Assembly (NCBI GenBank): GCA_963797095.1
Contig: CAWCNY010000002.1
Span: forward strand, 384,001-448,000
Source of the DNA: an uncultured Chloroflexia bacterium
Lineage (GTDB): Bacteria > Chloroflexota > Chloroflexia > QHBQ01 > JADMIH01
Direction: 5' to 3'
DNA length: 64,000 nucleotides
This document shows, piece after piece, positions 1-8,169 of the stretch. Every line of letters begins with the position of its first letter. Within the stretch, counting starts at the first letter, position 1. Under the pieces are notes generated by a model. It was not told where the DNA came from. It ran no database searches and saw only the letters and a program-made list of their open reading frames with translations. Position numbers and translations under genes: made by a program.

Positions 1-218
1 AAGCACACCGCGGCAAGTACAATGAGTGGGATGGTGCGTTGGTTGAGTTTTAGCCAGTTACCAAGCTTGATCTGCTTGCGTGTAACCAGGCTTGCGCCGG
101 CGATAGTCTCAATCTCCCACCGCTCAGCGCCCAGCACCAGCCGCCGGTCGGTCACGATCACCTGACCATCTTTTGATGTATACAGCGTGCGCTCTCCAGG
201 CCGGGTAGTGTCTGTCAT
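1..218 (-). CDS. Partial hypothetical membrane protein (DUF6232-like), runs off the left edge
   Basis: Manual translation from ATG at 218: MTDTTRPGERTLYTSKDGQVIVTDRRLVLGAERWEIETIAGASLV...IPLIVLAAVC. Open to the edge; starts 25 nt after the radA stop. Confidence 0.55.
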   Translation of the reverse strand, partial: MTDTTRPGERTLYTSKDGQVIVTDRRLVLGAERWEIETIAGASLVTRKQIKLGNWLKLNQRTIPLIVLAAVC

Positions 219-243
219 GGGTTTGCTTTTCACTTCTCATATT

Positions 244-3111
244 TTACTTCGTGAACGAGGCTTCTATTGCTTCCTGTAGCGTGGCTACGGCCAAACCCTT
301 CATGCCGCTTGGAAGATACGGCTTCTTACTGGTTGGTGGGTATATGGCGCGGGTGAATCCCAGCTTGGCGGCCTCCTGTAGACGTCTTTCGAGTTGTCCC
401 ACGCTCCTCAGTTCTCCTGATAATCCTATCTCGCCTACCAGAGCCAGTTCAGGGGCCACCTGGGCATCTCTGAACGATGATGCCACGGCCACCGCTACGG
501 CGAGGTCTACGGCAGGCTCGTTTACTTTCAGACCGCCCACTATATTGACGTAGATGTCCTGGTCGGACAGGCTGAGGCCTACGCGCTTGGTGAGCACGGC
601 GGTTAGCAAGAGTAGGCGGTTGAGGTCTATGCCGTTGGCTGTACGCCGGGGGAGGCCGAAGCTGGTAGAGGAGGTGAGGGCCTGCACTTCCACCAGGATG
701 GGGCGCGTGCCTTCCAATGTCACCGCTATGGACGCACCGGGTGAGCCGTCAGATCGTTCGGCCAGAAACGCGGCTGAGGGGTTAGTGATCTCTATCATCC
801 CCTCGTTGCCCATCTCGAACACTCCCACCTCATTGGTGGAGCCGAAGCGGTTCTTTACGCCCCTGAGCAGGCGGTACTGGTGGAACCTGTCGCCCTCAAG
901 GTAGAGCACTACGTCCACCATATGTTCGAGGACGCGCGGTCCGGCGATTGCGCCCTCTTTGGTGACGTGGCCCACCAGGAAGATCGGGATATTGCGCATT
1001 TTCGCCAGCCGCAGCAGGCGGGCTGTACACTCGCGCACCTGGCTGACCGAGCCGGCAGCCGACGACATTTCGGCCAGGAACATGGTCTGGATCGAGTCGA
1101 CGATCACCAGCCCCGGCCGCAAAGCGTCGATCTGGGCAAGTATCAATTCGAGGTCTGTCTCCGACAGGAGGAGCAGCTTTTCGGGGTTGAGGTCGAGGCG
1201 GTTGGCGCGCAGCTTGATCTGCTGCGGGCTTTCCTCACCTGAAATGTAGAGTATGGGCTTGTCGCTCCAGAGCGCAAGTTCAGAGGCTAGCTGCAAGAGC
1301 ACTGTTGAGTTATGAACGATAAGATCGTTGGCTACGAAGTTAGATAGCTCAGGTACGGTTATATCGTAAACTTGCGCCTCTCCTGCGGGCTTGATACTTT
1401 CGACCTGATCCCAGTAAACGTTACTATGAGCAAGTGTAGTTAGTTCGGGGCTATCCAACACACCAGCAAGCCTCTGTACTGTACTTCTTGTGAGAGGTCT
1501 CTCGTGCCGCCTATTCATTATCCTGGTGCCCAACGACCTGGAAACGTCAGCCATCGTTCTTTTGCCCCTGGCTTGACTGAATTCTTCCCAGAATCGTGGT
1601 CCTGTCGGCACTACGTCACAGTGGGTAGATGGCAGTTGGGGCTGACGCATTGCCCGTATGCGCACTACAGCCTCCGCGCGCCCCATGATCCCAATCTCGG
1701 CCAGGAATTGCTTGATCATTGCTATTCCAAGCAGGGTCACCTCATAGGCCACATAAGGCTGCCAATTGACGCGCAGATTTTCGGTTCGCAGTTTTGCCAC
1801 CAGTCCGAATCTCAACAAAAGGTGTTGCACATCTTCCGCTAGCTGTTTGCTGATGGTGCTGTAAGATATACCGGGCATGCCATACTTATTCACATAGACA
1901 GAGCCGTCGCAGGTAAATAAGACTTTGAGAAAAATCGCCAACTGCTCCCTGGGGAGTGTGAAAATACAGGGAGGGATAGCCTTGTCTCGCGCTCTCTTGT
2001 AACGCAGGCCGATCTCCTCCAATATTTGTGCGATAGGTGTCTTCATTGCTGCCGCATTACGGGCATCGGGCAGCAACCGCTCGACGGGTAGATTTACCGC
2101 ACCCGCCAGCTTTTCCAATTCAGCGAGGCTGGGAACGCACTCTCCCTTTCGCCATGCGCGCAAGATGCTGTAGCTAACTTGAGCGTCTCGCGCCCATTTC
2201 AGCCAATTAATGCCCGATTCTTGCTTGACTTCGACTAATGCTTTCGACACAAGCGCTCTGTTAGCAACCCGCCTTTTCTGGTCAGTACAGAAGCGATATT
2301 GGGCAGCACTGTTCCCTTTCTTCTCCCATTGAACAAGTTTCATGCCAAATTCTGAGGCGATGGCCTCCAGGTCAGCTGCCACTTCCGGCAATGCTGTTGT
2401 AACGGCTATGGTATCTTGTGCTGAGCCATCGGAGAGCACATATGCGATGAGTTTGACGGTAGCTTCAGTCAAAGCTTGGTTGCCGAAGTAGGGGAGTGCG
2501 CGCGGTGTTGCTATGTAATCCCCATTCTTGAGATCGTCCACACATTTCCAACCTTCATTGGTAAGCAATGGGTGCGCGGGGGTGCAGCGCAGCGTTCGCC
2601 CCAGCCTCGTTCTGACCTCAACTATAGGCTTGATCCCCTGGTGGTGGAACATAGTTACCTTGCTCGATTTAAGCTTCATCGTTTGCCGATCCAGGGCAAG
2701 GATTGATCTGTTGGTACTTTCCCATTCAGTGATGGGTAAATAGGCTCCGGTTGTAGGATCGAGTACACGGGTATCGCCTACGACACATTTTCCGATGCCT
2801 GGTTCGCCCCCGATCAGCACCAGCGAACCCTGGACGATGCCCCCGCCCAGCACCCGGTTGAACTCCTCGCCCGGTATCTTTATGCGCCCGAAGTCCTCGC
2901 TTCTGACCTGTGTGATGGGCGTGGGCCTGTTGCCTGTGCCTTCGTTGCGGGTCGAGGATAGCGCCGATGCAGTCGCCGTGGAAGTGGTGGTCACCGTTTC
3001 CACGAAGGTGTTCCACTCCCCACAATCGGGGCATCTCCCCGTCCATTTCGGTTGTTCTGAGCCGCACTGCTGGCAGACAAACATTGTGCGGGACCTTGGT
3101 TTAGCAGGCAT
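244..3111 (-). CDS. radA: DNA repair protein RadA/Sms containing an intein
   Basis: C4 zinc finger (CQQC..CPDC), Walker A GGEPGIGK|ST split by an insert, Walker B VIVDSIQ, KNRFG motif, Lon-like C-terminus. Exteins total 462 aa. Confidence 0.97.
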   Translation of the reverse strand: MPAKPRSRTMFVCQQCGSEQPKWTGRCPDCGEWNTFVETVTTTSTATASALSSTRNEGTGNRPTPITQVRSEDFGRIKIPGEEFNRVLGGGIVQGSLVLIGGEPGIGKCVVGDTRVLDPTTGAYLPITEWESTNRSILALDRQTMKLKSSKVTMFHHQGIKPIVEVRTRLGRTLRCTPAHPLLTNEGWKCVDDLKNGDYIATPRALPYFGNQALTEATVKLIAYVLSDGSAQDTIAVTTALPEVAADLEAIASEFGMKLVQWEKKGNSAAQYRFCTDQKRRVANRALVSKALVEVKQESGINWLKWARDAQVSYSILRAWRKGECVPSLAELEKLAGAVNLPVERLLPDARNAAAMKTPIAQILEEIGLRYKRARDKAIPPCIFTLPREQLAIFLKVLFTCDGSVYVNKYGMPGISYSTISKQLAEDVQHLLLRFGLVAKLRTENLRVNWQPYVAYEVTLLGIAMIKQFLAEIGIMGRAEAVVRIRAMRQPQLPSTHCDVVPTGPRFWEEFSQARGKRTMADVSRSLGTRIMNRRHERPLTRSTVQRLAGVLDSPELTTLAHSNVYWDQVESIKPAGEAQVYDITVPELSNFVANDLIVHNSTVLLQLASELALWSDKPILYISGEESPQQIKLRANRLDLNPEKLLLLSETDLELILAQIDALRPGLVIVDSIQTMFLAEMSSAAGSVSQVRECTARLLRLAKMRNIPIFLVGHVTKEGAIAGPRVLEHMVDVVLYLEGDRFHQYRLLRGVKNRFGSTNEVGVFEMGNEGMIEITNPSAAFLAERSDGSPGASIAVTLEGTRPILVEVQALTSSTSFGLPRRTANGIDLNRLLLLTAVLTKRVGLSLSDQDIYVNIVGGLKVNEPAVDLAVAVAVASSFRDAQVAPELALVGEIGLSGELRSVGQLERRLQEAAKLGFTRAIYPPTSKKPYLPSGMKGLAVATLQEAIEASFTK
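1309..2787 (-). mobile_element. Intein (493 aa) with LAGLIDADG homing endonuclease
   Basis: Starts C(VVGD) right after the Walker A Lys; block B TPAHP; LAGLIDADG-like motifs LIAYVLSDGS and FLKVLFTCDGS; block F/G VYDITV...NFVANDLIVHN followed by Ser+1. Visibly more AT-rich than the flanks. Confidence 0.95.
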
Positions 3112-3133
3112 ATCTCTCCGATTTTCTAGCTCA

Positions 3134-4792
3134 TTAGTTCGTATTTTGCCTTCGATCTAAGTATAACACAGCGGGGATAATGTACTGGGGTACGAGTTCA
3201 TCTCGGTATTTGCTCCATGTCCTGTAATCACCGTAATTGGCAGCCGTGAACATCACCACCAGATCAAGGTCGGGCACGACTATCACGAACTGGCCGCCAT
3301 TGCCGCCCGCCTCTACCCTTCGATAGGTGCGTCCGGCTACGCTGTACTCACCAAGGTGCCAACCATAGCCGTAGTTGTGGTTCTCAAGCGTTGAGTGGGG
3401 CTGCCAGCTTGCTTCAGTCCACTGTTTGCTGACGATCTGCTTGCCGTTCCATTTGCCTCCTCGCAAGAAAAGCTCTCCAAGTTTCATGAAATCGCGCGGC
3501 CGCATGTATGCGCCACCTCCCAAATAGACGTCTTTGAGGGGTGTCAGGTTCAGGTGGTAGCGTCCGAAGTTGAGGGGGCCGGCTATGTACTCATGCACGA
3601 ATTCGGGCAGCCATGTGCCGGTGGCGTTGGCAATGATTCCGCCCAGCAGGTTGATTCCTGCGCTGCAGTATGCACCCTGCTCGCCCGGTTCATGGGCCAT
3701 AGGGAGGTCCAGGGCATACTTGTACCAATCGAGCTGGGCGCGCTGGTTTTGCATGGTGTCCTCGTTGCCCGGCGAATCGTCGTCATTGTCATCACAATCA
3801 AGCCCGGAGGCCATGGTCAGTAGATGCTCGACGGTAATCCTTTCTTTTCGGGGGTCGTTGTTGGCGAAGCTCGCATAGGATGTGAAGAGGGAGCAGGCGG
3901 GTGTATTGAGGGTGAATCGTGCTCGGCGGTCGAGGGCTATACCTATTATTGGTGAGATGAGGCTCTTGCTCGCTGAGCGCATATCATGAGGGCGCTCGCT
4001 GTCGAAACCATAGAAGTATTCCTCAAGGACCAATCTGCTGTGCCTGGCGATCAGCAAGCCCTGGATGTAGGGTGTCCTTATGCTGTTTGTTTTGGTTTGT
4101 AGTATGTGCTCAATGAGAGCCTTGATCGGCTCAGGGTATATGCCAGCCTCTACGAGTGTACCGGTGCTCCAGCCATCGTTCTGTGCCACGGGTGGGCGGT
4201 AGGCATATTGCTGAGTGTCGGATGTGCGTGGGTAGAAACCGGGTGCGCTGGCGCTGTCACGCCGGGTGAAGGCGAGCGGTTGTGGATGGTCGGGCAGTTC
4301 GATCGAGATCGTGCCGGTGGTGCTGTCGTACCGGATGCTTTCACCTCTCGCCAGGCTGCCGGCTGATATGGGGCCAGGATGCCACCACAGCCCGGCATTC
4401 CTTTCAGGATCTTTTATGAATGCGGAAAGGGTGCCATCGCGCTCCTGATTGATGACCAGGTATAGCTCCAGCCTGTCGTCGAGAGGCACAACTTCGCCTT
4501 TCCAGGCGCTGTTACCTGTGGAGCGCAGAGTGAGCGGTGTGGCATAGGCGGTGCCACTGGTGATATTAGGTGGCTGTATCCAGTGCCCGGCGATTTCTTC
4601 GTCCGCGACTTTGCCTCTGTATTCGCTGCCATCCTCGAACGCGAAGGCTATGCGATCATTGGTTGGCGTGGCAGTGGCGTGCCTCGCGGCGATGCGAGCA
4701 TGCCACACATTCCCATCCGTCGTGATCTCTAGCTCGCCGTGTAGCGATGGGCCGAGCAGTTGTTCATAGCCCCAGATACCGTTGATATCCAT
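3134..4792 (-). CDS. Serine hydrolase, beta-lactamase class C-like family
   Basis: SxxK motif (MRSASKS), HLLTMASG, YCS, RPRDFMKLG, AGGNGGQ; extra N-terminal domain. Confidence 0.85.
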   Translation of the reverse strand: MDINGIWGYEQLLGPSLHGELEITTDGNVWHARIAARHATATPTNDRIAFAFEDGSEYRGKVADEEIAGHWIQPPNITSGTAYATPLTLRSTGNSAWKGEVVPLDDRLELYLVINQERDGTLSAFIKDPERNAGLWWHPGPISAGSLARGESIRYDSTTGTISIELPDHPQPLAFTRRDSASAPGFYPRTSDTQQYAYRPPVAQNDGWSTGTLVEAGIYPEPIKALIEHILQTKTNSIRTPYIQGLLIARHSRLVLEEYFYGFDSERPHDMRSASKSLISPIIGIALDRRARFTLNTPACSLFTSYASFANNDPRKERITVEHLLTMASGLDCDDNDDDSPGNEDTMQNQRAQLDWYKYALDLPMAHEPGEQGAYCSAGINLLGGIIANATGTWLPEFVHEYIAGPLNFGRYHLNLTPLKDVYLGGGAYMRPRDFMKLGELFLRGGKWNGKQIVSKQWTEASWQPHSTLENHNYGYGWHLGEYSVAGRTYRRVEAGGNGGQFVIVVPDLDLVVMFTAANYGDYRTWSKYRDELVPQYIIPAVLYLDRRQNTN

Positions 4793-4874
4793 GCAACCCC
4801 TCTATTTGTCGGGCGGATGATCTTATTCCAAAAGAATTATGCTACAATAAGCGGCAGGAGGCTAGAGGAATAGT

Positions 4875-5453
4875 ATGGAACTAGCTGAATTGGGCGCGTC
4901 CATACGCGCCATACGCTCCGAACAGGGCCTTACGCTGGAGGCACTGGCCGAGAAATCGGGTGTGAGTCGCGCTATGCTGTCGGACATCGAGCGCGGCGCG
5001 AAAAGCCCCACGGTACGGGTGCTTGCAGGGATCGCTACCGCGCTGGAATACCCTGTGTCTCAATTATTAGGGGAGCAGCCTCAGGGCGCGCAGCAGCCGC
5101 CTTATACCGTAGTGCGGCGCAAGGAAAGGCAGGTAACGGTCGAGCCGCGCACCGATGCCGAACGACATTTGTTAGCACCTTCGTTCATGCGGCGGGGTAT
5201 CGAGGTTGCCTTCCTATCGATCCCGCCCAACAGCCGCACCACTCTCCAACCCTACCCTGCGGGCGCGGAGGTGCACCTTACCTCGATAAGAGGGCCTGTG
5301 GGCGTGCGCCTGGGCAACGATAATTTTACCCTGGACGAAGGCGACTCGGCGCAATTTTATCCGAGCACGGAAGCCACGCTGGTGAATAGCGAGAAGAAGT
5401 CGGCGCGATTGTTTCTGGTGGTGGACCTGGGGCGGGCAGGCTCGAAGAAATAG
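4875..5453 (+). CDS. XRE-family transcriptional regulator with C-terminal cupin
   Basis: HTH_3 (LTLEALAEKSGVSRAMLSDIERG..SPT) plus cupin (LDEGDSAQF); divergent from the serine hydrolase. Confidence 0.9.
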   Translation: MELAELGASIRAIRSEQGLTLEALAEKSGVSRAMLSDIERGAKSPTVRVLAGIATALEYPVSQLLGEQPQGAQQPPYTVVRRKERQVTVEPRTDAERHLLAPSFMRRGIEVAFLSIPPNSRTTLQPYPAGAEVHLTSIRGPVGVRLGNDNFTLDEGDSAQFYPSTEATLVNSEKKSARLFLVVDLGRAGSKK

Positions 5454-5498
5454 GCCAGATCCGGTGGGGCGGATACCTCTCGCTGGCGCATAACCTGA

Positions 5499-5549
5499 GT
5501 CCAAAATAGAGCAAGGGGCGGCTTAGTCGCCCCTTGCTCTATTTTGGAC
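5499..5549. terminator. Perfect 22-bp hairpin, probable terminator
   Basis: GTCCAAAATAGAGCAAGGGGCG-gcttagt-CGCCCCTTGCTCTATTTTGGAC downstream of the XRE gene. Confidence 0.7.
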
Positions 5550-5742
5550 AGCGCCTTTTCTGCCGCAACATCTCAGTATGTCAAAAAGAATAGTTAGTCG
5601 ACGGCATTAGATTAGTTAGTCCTAACGATGACCTGTGGCTTCGTGCGCCCTAGAATGAGTACAGGTGAGAATTGGCGCTTGCCAAACAACCCCTGGAAGA
5701 GACCGGATTGAAACCCATAAAAAGAGGAGAAGGATACGGAAC

Positions 5743-8094
5743 ATGAAAATGTACTCTGAAAGCGGCAGCGGTGAGGAGAAGCGGCACCTTGATATCTGGG
5801 TGATCAGTATGTTTGTATTCATCGTGCTGGCATTGGCACTGGTGTTTGTGTCAGGTGGGTGGAGCGCACATGCCGCTACCCTGGGCCAGACCCAGGGCAA
5901 AGACCAGCAGCAACTGGATAGCGCGAAAGGCTCAAGCCCTGACGATGTCCCTTACCTTATCAACGAGAAGTTCCTGGGCGACAACCTGGCAAGCAGCGTG
6001 TTCTACTCGCAAGTGGCTACCTGCGTTCCGGGAGGTTGCGGCTGGAACGCGGTCGGCAATTACTGGTTTTCCCCTGCGCGTTCGGCGATGGCGGTTGGCC
6101 CGGCGGGGGTATCGGACCAGCAGTTAATATTGAACACAGGTGTCGTGATCCCCTCCGACGCTGTAACGGCCACCCTTGCTTTCCACCATTATTACAATTT
6201 CGAAGCGACTGGTTCGAACTACTATGACGGTGGCGTGCTCGAAGTCAGCACCGACAGTGGGAGCACCTGGTCGGATAGTGGCGTGCAATTCACCAGTGGA
6301 GGCTATAATGTTACCCTTCACGCGGGGTCGAACCCGTTGGCGGGGCGCTCGGCGTGGGGCGGCGATAGCTCGACATATGTGCAGACAAAAGCCAATCTGC
6401 TGTCATATGCCGGTCATACTGTTCTGATACGCTTCCGCGAGGGGACCGATACCAGCAATGCCTCTATTGGCTGGTCGGTTGATGATATCGAGTTGACAGT
6501 CAATACCCCCACGCCCTGCTCCAGCCCGGCCTGGGACATACGCACACCTTATACGCTTGCTTCATCCGCACCCGCTTCCGTCGTTTATAACGGTCTGCTC
6601 TATCTGTTTGGCGGAAGGAACAGTAGTGGGATACCGGCAACCGAATCGTACAGGTACAACCCGGTTTACAACCAGTGGTACGCGAATGCATCTATGCCTG
6701 AGGGGCGCTATGGGTTTACCGCGGTGACCGATGGTAGATACATCTATCTCGTTGGCGGCTATGATTACTCCGGATATACAACCGCCAACCTTTGGCGCTA
6801 CGATCCGGCTCTCAACACCTATACAGCTCTCGCCGACTCTCCACATGCTATAGCGTTGCACGCAGCGGCGCTCTACGGCGGCAGAATGTTCCGCTTTGGA
6901 GGGTTTGACGACCAGAACCACAGCGTCAGTACTGTCGATATCTATAACATCAGCTCAAATACATGGTCGGCAGGGCCTGACTATCCGATTTCAGTTGGCA
7001 TGTTGACGGCAACAGTTGACGGCTTGTATATCTATACGGCGGGCGGCTATCACCAGACAGTAGGTGTCAGCGAGCCGGAGAACAAGACCTACAGGTACAA
7101 TCCGAACAACGATACATGGGACGATGCGGCTATCGCAGACCTGCCCGATGCCCGTAGTTCTGCTACTTCTGCTTTGTTGAACGGGCGCATACTGGTAGCA
7201 GGCGGCTACCCCCCAAGCCTGAAGACCACAGTCATTGCATGGGAGCCTTCCAGCAATGCCTGGACCTCGCTGCCTGATATGCCACAGATGTCGTACGCCT
7301 CGGGAGGGGGGGCGATCAACCAGGCATTCTATGTTGTGGGCGGTTACGACGAGGGGAATAACTCTGTTAGCGCGACAAGGCGTTACAGCGAAGTGCCTTG
7401 CGTGCCACTCACACCCTCACCGACGCCTACCAATCCGCCAACTTCTACTCCCACCGCAACAGCCACCGCTACCGCTTGCCCTCTCCAGTTCAGTGATGTG
7501 CCTGCCGCCTCCACTTTCTACTCTTTTATCGAGTGTTTGGCTTGCCGCGGAATTGTGTCGGGATATGCTGATGGCACCTTTCGTCCGGGCAACGATGTGA
7601 CCAGGGGCCAGATAGCCAAGATCGTGTCTAACGCGGCAGGATTCACTGAGACCCATTCCACCCAGACGTTCACGGATATTCCTACCAATCACACCTTCTA
7701 CCAGTTTATAGAGAGGCTGGCATCTCGCAACATCATAGCGGGGTATGCCTGCGGAGGAGTTGGCGAGCCGTGCGGGGCAGGGAGCCTGCCCTACTTCCGA
7801 TCGAACAACAACGCGACCAGGGGGCAGTTAGCCAAAATAGTATGCAAGGCGTTCAACTGCTCAGGTGCGCCGAGCGGGCAGACGTTCGAGGATGTGCCCA
7901 CCAACCACACGTTCTACACGGAGATAGAGCAGTTGTACGCATTGGGTGCTATCAACGGGTACGCGTGCGGAGGAGTTGGTGAGCCGTGCGGGGCAGGGAG
8001 CAAGCCGTACTTCAGGCCGGGAGCCAATGTATCGAGAGGGCAGACCACCAAGATTGTGGGTAATGTCTTCTTCCCAAGTTGCCAGACGCCATGA
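5743..8094 (+). CDS. Secreted Kelch-repeat protein with C-terminal SLH domains
   Basis: Signal-like hydrophobic N-terminus; Kelch repeats (YLFGG, YLVGG, FRFGG, YTAGG, LVAGG, YVVGG); P/T linker; SLH (FSDVP...GIVSGYADGTFRPGNDVTRGQ). ATG at 5743 follows AGGAG; the ORF track starts at 5665. Confidence 0.85.
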   Translation: MKMYSESGSGEEKRHLDIWVISMFVFIVLALALVFVSGGWSAHAATLGQTQGKDQQQLDSAKGSSPDDVPYLINEKFLGDNLASSVFYSQVATCVPGGCGWNAVGNYWFSPARSAMAVGPAGVSDQQLILNTGVVIPSDAVTATLAFHHYYNFEATGSNYYDGGVLEVSTDSGSTWSDSGVQFTSGGYNVTLHAGSNPLAGRSAWGGDSSTYVQTKANLLSYAGHTVLIRFREGTDTSNASIGWSVDDIELTVNTPTPCSSPAWDIRTPYTLASSAPASVVYNGLLYLFGGRNSSGIPATESYRYNPVYNQWYANASMPEGRYGFTAVTDGRYIYLVGGYDYSGYTTANLWRYDPALNTYTALADSPHAIALHAAALYGGRMFRFGGFDDQNHSVSTVDIYNISSNTWSAGPDYPISVGMLTATVDGLYIYTAGGYHQTVGVSEPENKTYRYNPNNDTWDDAAIADLPDARSSATSALLNGRILVAGGYPPSLKTTVIAWEPSSNAWTSLPDMPQMSYASGGGAINQAFYVVGGYDEGNNSVSATRRYSEVPCVPLTPSPTPTNPPTSTPTATATATACPLQFSDVPAASTFYSFIECLACRGIVSGYADGTFRPGNDVTRGQIAKIVSNAAGFTETHSTQTFTDIPTNHTFYQFIERLASRNIIAGYACGGVGEPCGAGSLPYFRSNNNATRGQLAKIVCKAFNCSGAPSGQTFEDVPTNHTFYTEIEQLYALGAINGYACGGVGEPCGAGSKPYFRPGANVSRGQTTKIVGNVFFPSCQTP

Positions 8095-8108
8095 TAGGGT
8101 AAAACCGG

Positions 8109-8159
8109 GCAACAAAGAGGGGAATGGGCCGACTAATAGCCCATTCCCCTCTTTGTTGC
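8109..8159. terminator. Bidirectional terminator between convergent SLH genes
   Basis: Perfect 21-bp stem GCAACAAAGAGGGGAATGGGC / GCCCATTCCCCTCTTTGTTGC. Confidence 0.8.
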
Positions 8160-8169
8160 TTCTCTAGCT

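Noticed and set aside
3134-4792. Bona fide beta-lactam resistance gene
   Set aside because: Motifs fit the broad serine hydrolase (esterase/amidase) family; there is no signal peptide or KTG triad.
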